A DNA stretch of 63,430 nt, counting the filler, from Octopus bimaculoides (taxonomy: Eukaryota): assembly GCF_001194135.2 (NCBI RefSeq). It is 6 parts of 6 records of this genome, joined end to end, with 100 filler letters (N's around TTAATTAATTAA, not from the genome) between each part and the next. Parts side by side here need not be neighbours in the genome. Positions count along the whole stretch, not along the records: positions 15,195 to 35,105 come from NC_068987.1; positions 35,206 to 47,633 come from NC_068981.1; 4 more parts are not named here. The stretch is one strand, 5' to 3'. The position numbers were made by a program, and so were the translations under genes. Position 1 is the first letter of the stretch, and each line of letters begins with the position of its first letter. The notes below the pieces were generated by a model. That model saw only the letters and a list, made by a program, of their open reading frames with translations, had not been told where the DNA came from and did not search any database. Below, piece by piece: positions 25,356 through 39,149 of the stretch.

Positions 25356-26363
25356 NNNNNNNNNNNNNNNNNNNNNNNNNNNNNNNNNNNNNNNNNNNNN
25401 NNNNNNNNNNNNNNNNNNNNNNNNNNNNNNNNNNNNNNNNNNNNNNNNNNNNNNNNNNNNNNNNNNNNNNNNNNNNNNNNNNNNNNNNNNNNNNNNNNNN
25501 NNNNNNNNNNNNNNNNNNNNNNNNNNNNNNNNNNNNNNNNNNNNNNNNNNNNNNNNNNNNNNNNNNNNNNNNNNNNNNNNNNNNNNNNNNNNNNNNNNNN
25601 NNNNNNNNNNNNNNNNNNNNNNNNNNNNNNNNNNNNNNNNNNNNNNNNNNNNNNNNNNNNNNNNNNNNNNNNNNNNNNNNNNNNNNNNNNNNNNNNNNNN
25701 NNNNNNNNNNNNNNNNNNNNNNNNNNNNNNNNNNNNNNNNNNNNNNNNNNNNNNNNNNNNNNNNNNNNNNNNNNNNNNNNNNNNNNNNNNNNNNNNNNNN
25801 NNNNNNNNNNNNNNNNNNTATATATATATATATATATATATTTGTAATTTTGTGTATATGTATATACCATAAGTATAAAGACGAATGATTCAGACGTCTT
25901 TATGTATATATCTACGCTCTTACACACACATACATACACACACATATGTATATGTATATATACATATAATTATATATTTAATTGTATTTATATACGGAAG
26001 CACGTAAGTATAACAGCAGACACACGCAGACGTGAATGTGTATGTGTTCATATATTGGTTTGTCTGGCGCCCCACAATTCATATATATATAAGAGTGTTT
26101 GTGTATATATTTGTCTTGGTTTATGTGTGTGTCTGCGAAGCTGTGTATTAGTTTCTATTTCATTAATAGAAAAATGAATTCCAATGCTATCTTATGTCAA
26201 ATGTCAAACGCTAAGAAGGAACTTCTTTTTTATTCACAAAATAAGTTGTTGTTTTTTTTATCTCTAGAGTATATTATAGCATTTTATATTATTTATTTCT
26301 ATTATCTATTGTTTATTATTTCCCTTTCATTTCTCGTTTCTTTCGGAAATGCGATGCACGTTG

Positions 26364-26472
<109 letters not shown>

Positions 26473-26482
26473 NNNNNNNNNN

Positions 26483-26528
<46 letters not shown>

Positions 26529-26843
26529 CATATATATGTAGAGAGAGAGAGAGAGAGAAAGAGAGAGAAAGAGAGAGAAAGAGGGATGTATGTATGTGTG
26601 TATGTATTATTAGCCATCACCAACAAAGACGCGCTCTCCATTCTCTAAACGGTGAAACGAACAAACTTCCTGATGATTCAACTCGTCCCAGGAGAGGAGA
26701 CCACGGCCATATTATCTTGAGCCCTTCACCTTAGACTCTCGTTTCATATTTTTTACATGTACAAACTCTATATTATTTCCATTTTCATTTCTCTCATTCG
26801 ATCTATCTTTACAAACGCATACACACAGGTCTCTCTTTCTAAA

Positions 26844-26880
<37 letters not shown>

Positions 26881-27340
26881 ATATGTGTGTGTGTGTGGGT
26901 ATGTGTGTGTGTGTGGGTATGTGTGTGTGTGTGTGTGTGTGTGTGTAGTTTACAGTTCTCTTATAGGTAGGATAAACAAAGAAAATTACTCTATCCAGTG
27001 AGAAATAAATATCATTTACAAAAGTGTCACTAATAGTTTCATGCTAAATTGGTAGATTTATATAATCTGGCATGTATATCCAGGCAATCTGTCAAACTTA
27101 CTGCATAATGTTTGTTGCATTGAAAAACCGACTTCGCGTATTTTCCTCCCGTTTTTTCTCATGTTTACTCAAAGACCTGCGTCTTGGTTTTTAAATACAT
27201 CTGATGACATGCACTAAGGCTGAAACATTGCCTGCAGACACATAGCGGGCTAGATATATCTGCGAAATTATTGTAAAGTTTCTAAAGCATGAAACTATTA
27301 GTAGCTCTTTTGTAAATTGTATATATTAAATGATATATGT

Positions 27341-27501
27341 GTGGTGGCTGAGTGGTAAGCAGTTTGTTTACCAAAAATATGGTCCAAGGTTCAGTCCTAT
27401 TGCGTGGAACCCTGGGCAAGTGCCTTCTACTATAGCGTCAGGCCGACCAAATGTTAGTGAGTGATTTTCGTAGAAGGAAACTGAAAGAAGCCCGTCGTCT
27501 T

Positions 27502-27562
<61 letters not shown>

Positions 27563-27773
27563 GTTTGTATGTCTATGCTTGTCCCTCCACCATTGTTTGA
27601 CAATCGGTGTTGGTGTGTTTACGGACCCGTAGTCTAGCGGATCGTCAAAAGTGACCGACAGAATAAGTACTAGACTTACAAAGAATAAGTCCTGGGTCGA
27701 TTTGTTCGACTACAGGCGGTGCTCCAGCATAGCCGCAGTGAAATGACTGAAACAAATAAAAGAATAAAAGAAT
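27341..27773 (+). mobile_element. SINE family A, full length, internal (AT)n
   Basis: Colinear with 12361-12805. Confidence 0.85.
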
Positions 27774-28299
27774 GTATAGACGCACACACACATGCATAGG
27801 CATATAGTGAGGTAAATAGGCAACAACGTAGATGTGCATATGCATGTTTTCGCGTGTGTGCATGTGTGCATGTGTGTGTGTGTGTGGGGGGGGTGCAAGT
27901 CTATGTCTTTGTGTATAAGTGTGCATGTGTTTATAGACATATATTCCTATACATGTTCATTTAATGGATTGAGATATGCAGTCTTGATGAGGCTTGTTGC
28001 AGCGAGCTACCGCAGTGGAGAAGTTCGTCGCCAAGTGCGTGCGCGTAGCCGTCGCGCTGTCACGATCACCTCAGACTATTTACTCAGCGAATGGTTTCGT
28101 CTTTTTAATCTATCTCAAAACGCCCAATGACGATAGTATCGTGGGACACTGGAGGCGAATCTCAGATGGTCGCTCTCCAATGAATAGCCATGACATTGGA
28201 GTTCGGCAGCTAGACACGTGACTGGGTTGGACTCTTTAGTATTACCGCAGCCCATCCCTCAGGGTGAAGCTCCTAGAAAAGGTGGGGCAAACATCGAAC

Positions 28300-29940
28300 A
28301 TGGCCACTCGATCTCGCCAGCAAACAGCGGCTAGGGGGACCGCCGATTTAGCGTTCGGAACTCTACTAAATCTTCTATTTCACGACCCCTCACCTCTGGG
28401 GCCTGGAACATCAGCACTCTCCAGGACAAGAGTGACATTAATCGTCCGGAGCAACTCACAGCCCTCGTTAGCATGAACTTGCCCGCTTCAACATTGGCTT
28501 GGCCGCCTTGAACGAGACTAGGCTTCTCAGAGAAGGCAGCATCAGAGAAGGCAGCATCAGAGAAGGCAGCATCAGAAAAGGCAGCATCAGAAAAGGCAGC
28601 ATCAGAGAAGGCAGCATCAGAGAAGCTGGCTCCAAATACACCATGTTTTGCAAGGGGAAGAATCGTAATGAACCATACATCCATGGAGTTGGCCTTGCCC
28701 TCAAAACGCAGCTCGTGAATCAACACAGTTTCGTTCCAACTGCCGTCAGCGAGCGCCTGATGACACTTCGGATCCCACTCATTGAGAAAAGATTCCTTAC
28801 GCTGATCTCTGTGTATGCCCCTACCCTCACATTTGAAGACGTGGTCAAGGCTTCGTTCTACAACTTGTTGGAGCGCACTATCCAGACAGTCCCCACGCAT
28901 GACAAGCTCGTCGTGTTGAGGGACTTAAACGGCAGAGTTAGCAGTGACCATTGTCTGTGGAATGGCATTCTTGACCATTACGGCATTGGGATATGCAATG
29001 CCAATGGCTAGCTCCTCCTGGGCCTTTGCGCCGAGCATGAACTCGTCATCACCAACTCCCTATTTTGTCTCCCTACCCGACAAAAATCAACCTAGAAATA
29101 CCCACGGTCTAAACACTGGCACATCCTCAACTACATTCTGACAAGATTCAGGGACAGACGAGATGTACGCATCACCCGCTCCATGCCTGGTGCAGATGAA
29201 TGCTGGATGGATCACCGCCTTCTTATTTCTCGCCTTGACATCAAGATCCGCTGCCCACCAAAGCTGGTCTCAGCAAACATCCCTTTCGACGCTTCGACTG
29301 CGCCAAACTCCGTATCTCACAGGCATCCCAAGACTTCAAGGAATCTATTGAGAGATACCTGATGGACCTCCCAGAGTCAGCATCCATTGAGGATCGCTGG
29401 ACCAGTCTTCGGGAAGCCATGAAAGCTGCCGCCGAGGAGACGATCAGCTTTGCCCGGAAGAAGGACCAAGACTGGTTTGACGAGAATGATGAAGCCATCT
29501 CCCGTCTTATCGAAGTCAAAATCTGGACGCGCCTAGCGCACAAGAACTATGCCACTGCGCAGAACAAACGAAAACACCAGCAAATATCAGCGGAATGCCA
29601 GCAAGGAATTTGAGAAGCTCAGAACATCTGGTGGCAGAGGAAAGCAGAGGAGATGCAAAACTACGCGGACTAACGAGACTTGCAAGGAGATCTTCGGCCC
29701 CACGATGTCATTTGCGGGTGGCCTGAAGAACGCAGCTGGCTCTACGATAGCCTACACCCAAGGAATCCTCGGTCGCTGGATATCCCATTTCAAGTGCCTA
29801 ATTAACAACCACTCACGCGCTGCTGACGATCTCCTCCAAATCACCACACAGCTCCCCATCCGCCATTGTATGTCCCTGCTGCCCTCACGCCATGAGTCCA
29901 ACAATGTACTTGCGCGCATGAAGCCGGGGAAAGCGTACTT
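28300..29940 (+). mobile_element. RTE-clade LINE 5' part: AP endonuclease plus linker, RT missing
   Basis: GAWNISTL, AALNETRL, HGVGLAL, LISVYAPTL and DHRL motifs of APE; W.SLREAMK and DWFDEND linker motifs; frameshifted. Confidence 0.9.
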
Positions 29941-30914
29941 TGAAAGCCCTCGAAAAACTCTCAAAATGCATTGGGCGCTGGCTGTCTTCTAATCAATTAT
30001 TGAAGATATATTATTTACTTCAAATATTTTTTACGTGACTTCTGCAAAATGTGCATTTAAGTAAATTTGAAATTTAAATGAGATTTACTCTACGAGCTAA
30101 TTACACATTGTAATTTGTAATCAGTAACCATGCGAATATTCAATCTATCTGGAAGTATTTAGAGAATTAATTATAGCGGAAATCCAAGTAATCTGACAAA
30201 TAAGAGATAGATGAGTGTTTTGATTGAAAATGTATTTTATTTCCCATTAATTTATAAACAAAATCTAAGAAGATTAAATCTGGATTAATGAAGAAATTTT
30301 TTTTTTAATTTTAAATTTAAAATACTAACAGACTTCATATCAAATTAAAAATAATTTCAAAAATTAGATTAACTATATAAGTGAATCTAAAAAATTCTCA
30401 GTTCTCAAAGCTAGACTTTATTGTTTAATAAAGAGCAACTAGTGTAATTATAACCATTATTTTTGTTGTTTTCAATCTATGTCACTATAAACTTTTGTGT
30501 TCCAAACAACGTTCAATTCAATATCGTTAACGCTTAATATTCGTGCAACGAATCACCACATCTATTTCGAATTATCTCAGGGAAGGACAACAAACAAAGT
30601 GAATATAATATAAAACACTTGTAAGTTCTGATTTCAAATAAGAAATTATAACACAGTAATTAAAAAAACTCGAGTTGAAATGCACGAAAATTTAGTGATA
30701 TTAAATTTATAATGAAGTCATGGTTTATATTTTAAAATATTATCATTGAAGCAAGATTCACGGAAAACATGTCGTTGACATAAAGAAAAATATTTTTTAA
30801 AAATGTATTTATTAATAGCCGTGTAAAATAATGAAATTATAAAGATTGAAATAAAGTAGAACACACGAAGACGAAGTTGAAAATTTGTATGAAGGAAATA
30901 TATTTACCGCGCGA

Positions 30915-31185
30915 TGTTTGCTTTCCAACTACATGGGTTCGGATTCATGCCACTTCGTGGAACCTTGGCAAATTATCTGATGCTATAGCCTCGGCCTTTA
31001 TGAGTGAATTTGGCAGATGGAAACTGAAAGAACCCCTTCGTATAATCATATATGTGTGTGTCTATGTTTGTTTCTCACTACAAAGCTTGACAACCGGTGT
31101 TGATATGTTTACGTCCCCGTAACTTAGTGGTGTGGTGTCTCAGCATGGCTGCAGTTTAATAACTGAAACAAGTAAAAGATAAAAG
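30915..31185 (+). mobile_element. SINE family A, degraded
   Basis: ACCTTGGCAAAT...TTTGGCAGATGGAAACTGAAAGAA...GACAACCGGTGTTG. Confidence 0.7.
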
Positions 31186-32347
31186 ATTGAAAAACCCTAG
31201 AAGTCGCTATTCGGACGAATAGCCGCTTATAGATACTGATATGTATAAAATCTACAACACCTACAAAACTTACACAGATCCGCGTGAGCGACTTACTTAT
31301 ATCATTGTAGGAATTTACATCACATTTTGGTTATAAATCATTAAAATATATCAGTAATAAAGTCTCCCACCACTCCTCCAGTAAGGAATCATTTCACAAA
31401 GCTGCTACACTTTTGAATTACGCTCTGAAAGCGAGCGGCTTTAATGGCAAAATTCGTTATACTCTTAGCAAATGAAAACACAATGCACGAAATGGGAGCG
31501 GAAACGAAATCTAGATCAAACCCCATCCCTGTGTGTGAGTGTTAATGTTTTTTTTTTTTATGTTTCGTTATGATAAAGACAATTTTACATTATTCTGATA
31601 GGTTAATCTATACTTTCATAGATTACAAATTTATTACTCTTAGACAAGAATATTGTTGAAAGTGACTTTAAAATTGCGGTTATTGCAGCGAAACAGTCCG
31701 ACAATGGCTTCACTGGCCAACACTTTGAAGTCACTGTCAATGATATTCTTGTATTATTGTATGAACTTCAAAATATAAATCATCTGTTATTAGGAGTTCA
31801 AACAATAAGAGATCGTTAAACTGCAACATAATATCATTATATAGCAATAAATGCAAGTGGGACCGATGTGCGTGTATGTATATAGAAAATAAGCTGAGAT
31901 TATCATTGCAAAAAAATATATCTAGAATAAAAGCAGAGAAGCATAAATTTCACACAAAGTTCATGCTTTAATTTTATTCGACAGCTGTTTCATTACTTTA
32001 ATGAAAGAATTAATTTATTAATTAATAAAGTAATTGAAACAGCAAAATTAAAATTACCATATGCGTATCATACTCAATGCATGCACGCGTTACGGGATAT
32101 GACGCTGTAGAATTACCTCAGATATAATCTATAGACTAGAAACATACAATATACGTAGAAAGCTGCAATCATTCGGGAACCTCTGACGTGATATCGCTTT
32201 CGTTAAAATATGTCAATGCCGGTGCAGTGGGTGTCTCATGCTTAAATAATATTCATGCTTCGATATGTATAGGAAACAGAGAACACGTTATTCGCTGCTA
32301 ATGCGGCTGCCGAGAAAAATGTATGTATGTATGTATGTATGTATGTA

Positions 32348-32398
<51 letters not shown>

Positions 32399-34468
32399 TT
32401 ATGTGCACATTGGTCGACTACGAACTAGAAGACACTTGCCCAAATTGTCATGCAATGGAACTGAACTCAAAACCGCATGTTGTAGTCGTACACCCTTTAT
32501 GTAGAGACATATGTAGTTTATTCGCCTTATTCTATAAATATATTTAGTATATGAACAGTATTTAAACAACGATTTCTTTTCTAATTTTGACATTCACAGT
32601 GTTGCACTTTTCTAATTATTGCATATAATTTATTCAAAATGAAAACACTTTTAAGAGCCAGACTAGCAATAGAGAAACTCAAACCTGAAATTGTCGTGCC
32701 TCGATTAATAATTTTTTTTATACTTCCGCATATGATAACATATTGAGCTACTTAACTTCGTAAACTGGTTGTGTAATATCTTACTATTAATTTATATTGA
32801 GGAAGAGTGTTTTGATACGTAAGATGTTTGAGTAAATGACAAACTGGTTTCACAAGTATATAAAATGCCTTGCACTTTAATAATTAAGAGAGAATGATGC
32901 TGATTTAACATATACACGACACAAGTTTATTGTTAGGGAATAGAATATCTCTTGCACATCTTAATATATCAATTTGGAGGAGTGACATTCGAATAATTCT
33001 CAATCTATCCTTGTATATTTTATGGAAGACAGCTGTGATAACAAATAACATTTATCAACTATAACTTCTGAGATGGTGACAGAAATGAAAAGAATATTCA
33101 TAAATTTTGTGTACAGTTTCCAAAATCTCGTTCATTTTTCTGTTTTAATTTCTTTCCTTAATCAAATTATAGAATAATGAAAAATAGGAAAACTTCCAAA
33201 TGAATTTTTATCTAAACTTCGGTAAATAACGGTTCCCGAAGCAAAGCAAATAGTAATAGAAAAAGAAAATGTTTTTATTGGATTCGTGAAACATTTAGAA
33301 CTGATCTTTACAGTTTTCGTAATAATGGATTTGACTTTTGTAAATAAATTACTTTTCTACTATTCTTTAAAAGGTTTAAGAAATTTTTGTATTGAGCTGA
33401 CCGTAAGCAATAAGAAGAATTGTTTGTGCTTTGTTCGTTTTTTTATGCGCTAATATATTGGATTTCCATAAATCTTGATGCATGAAGACATTTCAACAAT
33501 GTTCTATTATCACTCTGTTATTTACGTTGGAAGAATTGGCATCAAATACTTAGACTCTTTGTCTACAACATTCATGGACTGCAATTCGAGTTTTCTTTCC
33601 TAAAGAAGATTAAAGAAAACATCTGACTATCTTCAAATCAGTTTTGTTTATTTGAATAATTGTTTGACATAACACTATTATGGCAGACATAGTAAAACCA
33701 ACGTCATGTTATCATGGGTTAAGTTTATTGGCTTAATATTACTAATGCTTTACCATATAATTCAATGGGAAATAACGCAAGAAAATCTATAAAGTAATGA
33801 TTAAAAAAAAAAGGAATGATTAATATCTCTATGTCCGTTTCGTCACGCTACTCTAACTTGAATGGCTGAAAATTTAAACATTTTCAAGAGTCATTCGGTC
33901 TGCTTAATAAGGTTGAAATCAATGAGCTCTGGTCAAGCAAATCCTAGAGTTATGGACACAAGTCTTGAAACAAATACAACTGGTGTCTACAACTCAAAAT
34001 ATAGTGGCTGCAAAGGATGTAGCATGGTAAATTAGTGAAGATGAAAGTATATTTACACAAAAGGACAAAAGAACAAACATAGCGAAATGATTTTATGAAT
34101 TCTATAAACTCCATCCAATGTGCACACATTATACTTACTAGTGATTTAGATAAGACAGTCAGGCATTTATAATGGTGTTTCTTTCTGTGAATATTTCAAA
34201 GATACAACCATGAAAGCCTCTCTCACTCTCTTTCGTATAAATCAGAATTCTGTCCACACTAAAAAGACAAATAGGTTTTGCATCAATCTTCATTTAGCGT
34301 GAAAGTATTTATCACTGTCGTTTTATTTGTCATCTATACATACATACATACATACATACATACACCCATATCTATATCTGTGTATGTGTGTATGTTTCTA
34401 ATTCTGTGTGTGTATATCTATGTGCATGTAGCTATGTATATATGTATGTGNNNNNNNNNNTATATGTT

Positions 34469-34522
<54 letters not shown>

Positions 34523-34659
34523 CATGCATGTATGTATGTATGTATGTATGTATGCGTGCGTGTATGCGTGCATGTATGTATGTATGTATGTATGTATGTA
34601 TGTCTTTGCTGTCATTCCCGTCGTCGTCATTAACTCGTGTCCGAGTATTAAACTTAAAC

Positions 34660-35040
34660 CCTGTTGATGGGTGCGGAGCGTACCGGCGGCTGAGGTTACT
34701 GTTCAGGCCAATGGAAGTACAGAAAAGCCTGCAGCATTTATCGCAGGCGCGGATCTGAGAGGTGGGGGTGGGGTGGTAGAGTCGTGTCTTTCTTTGAGCC
34801 TTGGTCGTCTGATCTCTGTCTCTTGACGCCTGTCACATTCCTTCAGGCCCGTTCCCGTCGACATGCCGCCACTTTGAGCAGTCATTGGTGATTTTCTCCC
34901 AAATATTTGAGTCAGTTAAAACAGCAGAGTAGAGTGGACTTGAGCTGGTCTCAGAAAAGGAATTCGGGAGCTCTGCATGGAAGCCGTATCGACCCATGAT
35001 AGCTTCTATGCAGGGAGTTCCAGCCCGGAGCAGAGACATT
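34660..35040 (-). mobile_element. degraded RTE LINE C-terminus with terminal zinc finger
   Basis: Minus strand IEAIMGRY...WEKITNDCSKWR...[16 protein letters not shown], matching the usual RTE C-terminal architecture. Confidence 0.55.
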
Positions 35041-35105
35041 GGTAATATAGTCTTTCCCGAGAAACATATGTATGTCTACGTCTTTATATATATATATATA
35101 TATAT

Positions 35106-35205
35106 NNNNNNNNNNNNNNNNNNNNNNNNNNNNNNNNNNNNNNNNNNNNTTAATTAATTAANNNNNNNNNNNNNNNNNNNNNNNNNNNNNNNNNNNNNNN
35201 NNNNN
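35106..35205. other. artificial scaffold spacer
   Basis: 44 N + TTAATTAATTAA + 44 N. Confidence 0.95.
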
Positions 35206-35224
35206 CACATATATATACATATAT

Positions 35225-35395
35225 ACGACAGGCTTCTTTCAGTTTCCATCTACCAAATCCACTCACAAGGCTTTGGTTGGCCTGAGGCTATAGTAGAAGA
35301 CACTTGCCCAAGATGCCACGCAGTGGGACTGAACCTGGAACCATGTGGTTGGTAAGCAAGCTACTTACCACACAGCCACTCCTGCACCTATACAT
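35225..35395 (-). mobile_element. SINE family A, 5' half
   Basis: Near-consensus reverse complement of the family A head. Confidence 0.85.
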
Positions 35396-36584
35396 ATATA
35401 TATATATACATATATGTTCACGGTGGTGCACCAGCATGACCGCAGCCACTTGGCTGAAACACATAAATAAATAAATATGTATATCTATATCTGTAAAGCT
35501 GAGTTTGTGAGTGTGTGTGTATTGCATCTACAGAAATTCACATTTTCCACTTTTTCGTAAAAATTTTTACATCATTGGAATTTTCTGGATGTGAACTTTC
35601 CAGTGCAGTAATTAAATTTTTGAAATTTCGTTTACTTTGTGTGATTTAAGGGAGATTTGGCTGTAGTTTCAAGCAACTTTTATATTTCTTCCTTCTACCT
35701 GGAGCGGCGTTCTTACATACGTATTCAACATATAATATAGAGAGTAAGAGTAAAAGAGGGAGAGTGAGAGAGAGAAAGTGATACATACAAAGTCATAGAT
35801 TAAACTTTCCTCTCAGTATTCTTTACCTATTTTTCATAACATTGATAAGTAAAAACACACACAACCACACATACGTGATCTGTGACAACAACATACATAT
35901 TGCTCCCGTTCTCCCCCTCTTCCTCTCTCGCTCTCTCAAACGCATACACGTGCAAGTAAACACAATCATTCACAAAAATATAACTCATGTTCGTCAATGT
36001 GGCATAACTACAGAGTTGTAGCCCCCGACTTTGGAAGGTCATAACTTTCAGAAAAATGAATACTTTTTATGAAATTTTCTATGCATATATTATTTATGTA
36101 GATTCTGAATATACAAAAAAATTCGGTGAAAGTGTTTTAGGAGGGGGTGGGGGACAATTTTCAGAAATTCCACCTAAATTCCTCTTAACCTCCAGGAAAA
36201 TGAATATGTTTTCGTGAAGTTTTCTACAAATATACCTTGATGTATGTACATTTCGAGCATGTAGGAATTTTTAAGGAAACAACTGCAGGTTATTTTTGAG
36301 AAGTGTTCTCCACTCGGTGTTGTTTCGGAGCAAGTTGTCCATATTTCTTTCATTTTTCTCTAATATGTGCGTATGTGAATCCGTATATTTCTAATGAAGT
36401 AATAGGCAGTGAAGAGAAGCCGTCTTAAGAAAACTTTTAACTACCTCTATTCCTTTCTCCCCCTCTCTCTACCTCTTCCTCTCTCGCTCTCTCAAACGCA
36501 TACACGTGCAAGTACACAATCATTCAGTAAAATATAACTCATGTTCGTCAATGTTTTGTAAATATACCACGATTTTCACAATGG

Positions 36585-36752
36585 TGTTAGGGTTAGGGTT
36601 TTAGGATCAGGGTTTGGGTTACAGTTAGGGCTATGATTAGTGTTATGGTTACGGTTTTAGGGTCAGGGTCAGGGTTAGGAGTTAGGGGTTAGGGTTCGGG
36701 TTTAGGGTTAGTGTTAGGGTTAGTGTTAGGATTAGGTTTAAGATTAGGGTTG
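36585..36752 (+). repeat. degenerate telomere-like TTAGGG array
   Basis: Direct reading. Confidence 0.8.
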
Positions 36753-37413
36753 GGTAATTGTGCGGGTGTTAATCTGAAAAATTACAGGTATGTGAAAAGT
36801 ACCGACCCTGCCATCTATTATAACTTTTGTTGTTCTGTTTAATATATACATAGATTATGCCTCCTAAGAAGAGAGTTTGCTGGGGAAAGACAGCAACCGG
36901 TTTAAAATGACAGCAACAGACTGCAGCAATTCACCACATTCCAGAAGCTACTTTGAACATAATGGAAAATGGTGCATCAACATCTTCTGCCCAATCTGAT
37001 AGAATTCTGGCAAAACTGTGTAGCNNNNNNNNNNNNNNNNNNNNNNNNNNNNNNNNNNNNNNNNNNNNNNNNNNNNNNNNNNNNNNNNNNNNNNNNNNNN
37101 NNNNNNNNNNNNNNNNNNNNNNNNNNNNNNNNNNNNNNNNNNNNNNNNNNNNNNNNNNNNNNNNNNNNNNNNNNNNNNNNNNNNNNNNNNNNNNNNNNNN
37201 NNNNNNNNNNNNNNNNNNNNNNNNNNNNNNNNNNNNNNNNNNNNNNNNNNNNNNNNNNNNNNNNNNNNNNNNNNNNNNNNNNNNNNNNNNNNNNNNNNNN
37301 NNNNNNNNNNNNNNNNNNNNAAGGCTTTCTTTTTTAGTTGATTTTCACCTAGCAAGACTTATCGTAGATGGCGTAATATGTCACACCCAGACATGGTCGG
37401 GTTATACTGCTAG

Positions 37414-37462
<49 letters not shown>

Positions 37463-38232
37463 AACAAAATTCAGTATAAAATCATCTTGTTATAAAATGG
37501 AAGAAAACCTGAAATCAAAGGACAGAGTCTAAATACAGAGGGTAAAGAATTATACGCAAAATATAAATCAATTAAACATTAAAAAGTATATCTGTTTGAA
37601 AACTAAAAATTTTCACGCTAGATTGCATATACATTTAAGATTGCATATACATTTAGCAGCATATTCACATAGTAAACCATCTATAATATACATATATACA
37701 CAGAAGCATACACCACACATACATATGCTTATAAATAGTAATTGAAGTAGTTGTAGTGTTAGTGTTGGGAGTTGTCAAGGTAGTGCTAGCAAATAATCAT
37801 ACAGCCTGTTGTGCTAGCAGTCAATTATATTTTGTGACACAAAATTTACTTGGGTTCTCTTGGTGGAGAATGTCTTACATCATTAGCGAAAAAAAAAATA
37901 AAGAGAGATTATTGAAACAGTATCTGTTGCCTTGTAGACGTTGGTATGTATGACTCTAGATGTGCCAAATCGATGAACACATTTAAAAGTATAGTGCAGA
38001 ATGGTTGACTAGCAATTAGGAGTGGTAAATCGACATATTGTGTGAAAAATGAGATATGTTGTGAATCTTATAATTTAAATTGTGAAGTTTGTGGAAAAGT
38101 CAAGGATGCATTTTGATTAAAATATGAAAGAAAAAAACACAAGCAATTGCATGATTACTTTGTATACATTCATAGATGCTTATAACATAACTGTATCTTT
38201 GTGTGATTAAGCCTGAATTATTTATTTTCCAG

Positions 38233-38473
38233 AAATAATAATAAATGTTATCGCCGCTGTGGAGCCGCAACTGTTCTTACCAATGTAACTTCAGGTGCTC
38301 TTGGCTCATTTGAAACCACTCCTGAACTGAATCATGCCTGGAAAATTTACTGTTTGTGGATTATCACTCCCTTTAATGATGTACAAAGACCTTTTGAATT
38401 AGCTAGAGAAAAGAAGACTCTGCCCAGCATATCTTTAACATTTGAACCAGATATTTCGGTTAATTGTTCTCTG
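38233..38473 (+). CDS. MEGF8: internal exon of multiple EGF-like domains 8 homologue (end of laminin-EGF repeat plus first half of second CUB domain)
   Basis: TTTATTTTCCAG acceptor and GTAAGT donor; 241 nt, phase 2 to phase 0; NNNKCYRRCGAATVLTNVTSGALGS...YCLWIITP...PSISLTFEPDISVNCSL aligns by eye to my recollection of human MEGF8 (CFRECGGRALLTNVSSVALGS...YCVWVVSA...PPLTLTFSPDSSTPCTL). Confidence 0.85.
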
Positions 38474-38979
38474 GTAAGTTACATTATTTTTGCATTAGAA
38501 AAAGGGTACAGTAGTAAAAGTATTGATATAGAAATATTTACAAAAGTTCTGATTTTGAATCTGGCTAGTAGAATCATGATTTGCTTTTAGCTATATTAAT
38601 TTACAGCTAGGAAACATATTAACTTTCAAATATGTATTTCTTTTTTATTAAATGACATTGTCTTTAACTGATCAATGGTTCATTTTCCTCTTGTAGAGAT
38701 TTTTATCATAGTAAAATTAAAATTCTGTTTGTATGTTTCTTGTTTTGAGACTAAACTATGCATTGCTTCAATAAAATGTTTTGACATATAAACTCTTAGA
38801 GATAAGCCCTTGTGCCTTGAAATATGTCAAGGGAATCTGATCTCTAAAAATCCCTGAAACAGAACTTTTATTATACCTCTACAGCTCCATTTTAATTGCT
38901 ATTTTTATTCAATGCAGATTATTGATGCTTACTACTATTTGACCTGTTCCATTTGTTTCCTTTTTAAGAGGGATGGAGT

Positions 38980-39015
<36 letters not shown>

Positions 39016-39149
39016 AATGTCTGTCAATTCAACCTATATAATGTGTGTGCAGAGACTGGCAGGAGAAAGTGTGCATAACAGATTATGTGAGAAAATATTC
39101 AAATATAGGTAGATAAATAGTCATATATATATATAGCAAAGTTTCTGCC

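Noticed and set aside
27195-27235. CTGATGA...GAAAC spacing resembling a hammerhead; also 26650-26690
   Set aside because: Stem II and stem I do not pair; likely chance or too decayed to call.
27950-28330. GC-rich region 5' of the RTE element, examined for an HDV-like ribozyme
   Set aside because: GCGAAT motifs exist, but I could not build the P1/P3/L3 nested pseudoknot by eye; an RNAMotif HDV descriptor scan would settle it.
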